Source of the DNA: Bifidobacterium longum subsp. longum JCM 1217
Lineage (GTDB): Bacteria > Actinomycetota > Actinomycetes > Actinomycetales > Bifidobacteriaceae
NCBI RefSeq assembly: GCF_000196555.1
Contig: NC_015067.1
Location: forward strand, 1,110,001-1,142,000
Reading direction: 5' to 3'
DNA: 32,000 nucleotides
In this document: piece after piece, positions 30,865 through 32,000 of the stretch
How positions within the stretch are numbered: the stretch's first letter is position 1
Layout of the letters: every line of letters begins with the position of its first letter
The notes under the pieces: model-generated
What the model was told of the DNA's origin: nothing
The model's database searches: none
Seen by the model: the letters and a program-made list of their open reading frames with translations, nothing else
Position numbers and translations under genes: made by a program

Positions 30865-31827
30865 ATGGGCACGGCCGCACCCGACGTGTGGGAGACCATC
30901 GCGGAAGCCGTCCGCGACCGGCGGGACCGTGACAGGCGGGCCCGCCGGCTCCTCGCCCGCAGCCGCATGTACGCGGCCGCGGCCCTCGCCTGCCTGATCG
31001 TCGGCGGCATCCTCATCTGCATGCCGCGGATCCAGCAGCTGATCGGGGACCGGACCGTCGACCGGCAGGCGCGCGGCGTCAGCCAATCCGCGGCCATGTT
31101 CCCCTCATCCAGCCGCCAGGACGCGATCCGCAGCGCCGTCGCATACAACGAACGGCTCTACCGGAGCGGGCAGCCCCAGATCGGCGAACCCGTGTTCGAC
31201 GGCAAGACCAAGGGAAACTTCGAGGGCGACGACGAATACCGGCGCCAACTGTCCGTCAACGGGTTGGACGCGATGGGTGAACTGCTGATTCCGAAAATCA
31301 GCGTGGATCTGCCTATCATGCACGGCGCGAGCCAGGATGTGCTCGAACATGCTGCGGGTCATCTGGCCGGCACGAGTCTGCCTGTCGGAGGCAGGAGCAC
31401 TCGTGCCGTGATTACCGGGCATTCGAACCTGAGGGGGGCGACCCTGTTCACCCGGCTCGGGGAACTCGATGAGGGGGACCCGTTCTATATCAAGGTCATG
31501 GGCAACACGCTCGCCTACCGGGTCAACGACATCCGCATTGTCAGCCCCACGGACACGAAGGCGTTGAAGATCCGGAAAGGACGGGACGAAGTCACGCTGC
31601 TGACCTGCACCGGGCAGGGCAACACGCTCCGTCTCCTCGTCACCGGGGAACGCAACAGCATGCCCGACCAGGCCCCATTGCCCGGCGATGCGCCGAGCGA
31701 CACGAAACAGGCGATCGTCATCTCGCTGATCGTCATGGCCGGCGTGCTGATCAGCGGGTTCGCGGCCTGCCGCAGCCGGGATGTGTTCGGCCGGCATGTT
31801 GGAGGTCATGGGAACGGACGTCGATAG
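30865..31827 (+). CDS. srtC: class C (pilus-assembly) sortase
   Basis: N-terminal TM helix. Catalytic His VITGHSNL, catalytic Cys TLLTCTG, catalytic Arg LLVTGER. C-terminal hydrophobic anchor AIVISLIVMAGVLISGFAAC. An alternative GTG at 30859 overlaps the adhesin stop. Confidence 0.85.
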   Translation: MGTAAPDVWETIAEAVRDRRDRDRRARRLLARSRMYAAAALACLIVGGILICMPRIQQLIGDRTVDRQARGVSQSAAMFPSSSRQDAIRSAVAYNERLYRSGQPQIGEPVFDGKTKGNFEGDDEYRRQLSVNGLDAMGELLIPKISVDLPIMHGASQDVLEHAAGHLAGTSLPVGGRSTRAVITGHSNLRGATLFTRLGELDEGDPFYIKVMGNTLAYRVNDIRIVSPTDTKALKIRKGRDEVTLLTCTGQGNTLRLLVTGERNSMPDQAPLPGDAPSDTKQAIVISLIVMAGVLISGFAACRSRDVFGRHVGGHGNGRR

Positions 31828-31840
31828 CCGTCCCATACGG

Positions 31841-31895
31841 ATCAAGGACCCGTCTCATCCGTGATGTTGCTTCGCGGATGAGACGGGTCCTTGAT
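31841..31895. terminator. strong hairpin between convergent genes
   Basis: A 21-bp perfect stem ATCAAGGACCCGTCTCATCCG / CGGATGAGACGGGTCCTTGAT with a 13-nt loop. No clear U-tract on either side. Confidence 0.5.
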
Positions 31896-31917
31896 GTTCC
31901 CGGCGGATTGGAATCCG

Positions 31918-32000
31918 TCAGTCGTTCACATGCCATCCGTCCGCATGCTTGGCGGCACGCACCCTCACGAGCACGCAGCCGGCGCCCGCGATGGTCATGA
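31918..32000 (-). CDS. 3' end of a convergent ORF (partial)
   Basis: The minus strand reads ..MTIAGAGCVLVRVRAAKHADGWHVND-stop. The frame is open to the window edge. Too short to classify. Confidence 0.25.
   Translation of the reverse strand, partial: MTIAGAGCVLVRVRAAKHADGWHVND

Noticed and set aside
25427-30880. Several long minus-strand ORFs (25427..26830, 26900..27763, 27872..29314, 29681..30880) and out-of-frame plus-strand ORFs inside the adhesin gene
   Set aside because: All lie antisense to, or out of frame with, a 1700-aa ORF that has clear repeat architecture and a sorting signal. Their composition is low-complexity Arg/Gly/Val.

Overview
High-GC actinobacterial DNA, Bifidobacterium-like judging by SecG and the pilus genes, with a strongly mosaic, mobile-element character. 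Positions 1-10.4 kb hold a minus-strand chain of small, mostly translationally coupled ORFs. These include a TPM-domain protein, a P-loop NTPase, Zn-ribbon proteins, small membrane peptides and a SecG paralogue. A whiB gene in this block is split into two halves about 6 kb apart by decayed IS200/IS605-family tnpB copies. Positions 10.5-19.1 kb hold a minus-strand array of about 22 tRNA or tRNA-like genes. Many are non-canonical. One tRNA-Trp is split in its anticodon loop by an IS21 element (istAB). A low-GC HNH-AP2 homing endonuclease sits inside the array. A tmRNA gene (ssrA) lies directly upstream of the array. Positions 19.7-20.6 kb contain two 331-bp direct repeats packed with GTATGCAT iterons around an orphan omega-RNA-like IS end. 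A primase-helicase with inverted domain order follows, then a sortase-dependent pilus locus (pilin, 1700-aa LPXTG adhesin, class C sortase). Coordinates of RNA genes and start codons come from hand folding and reading, not from software.
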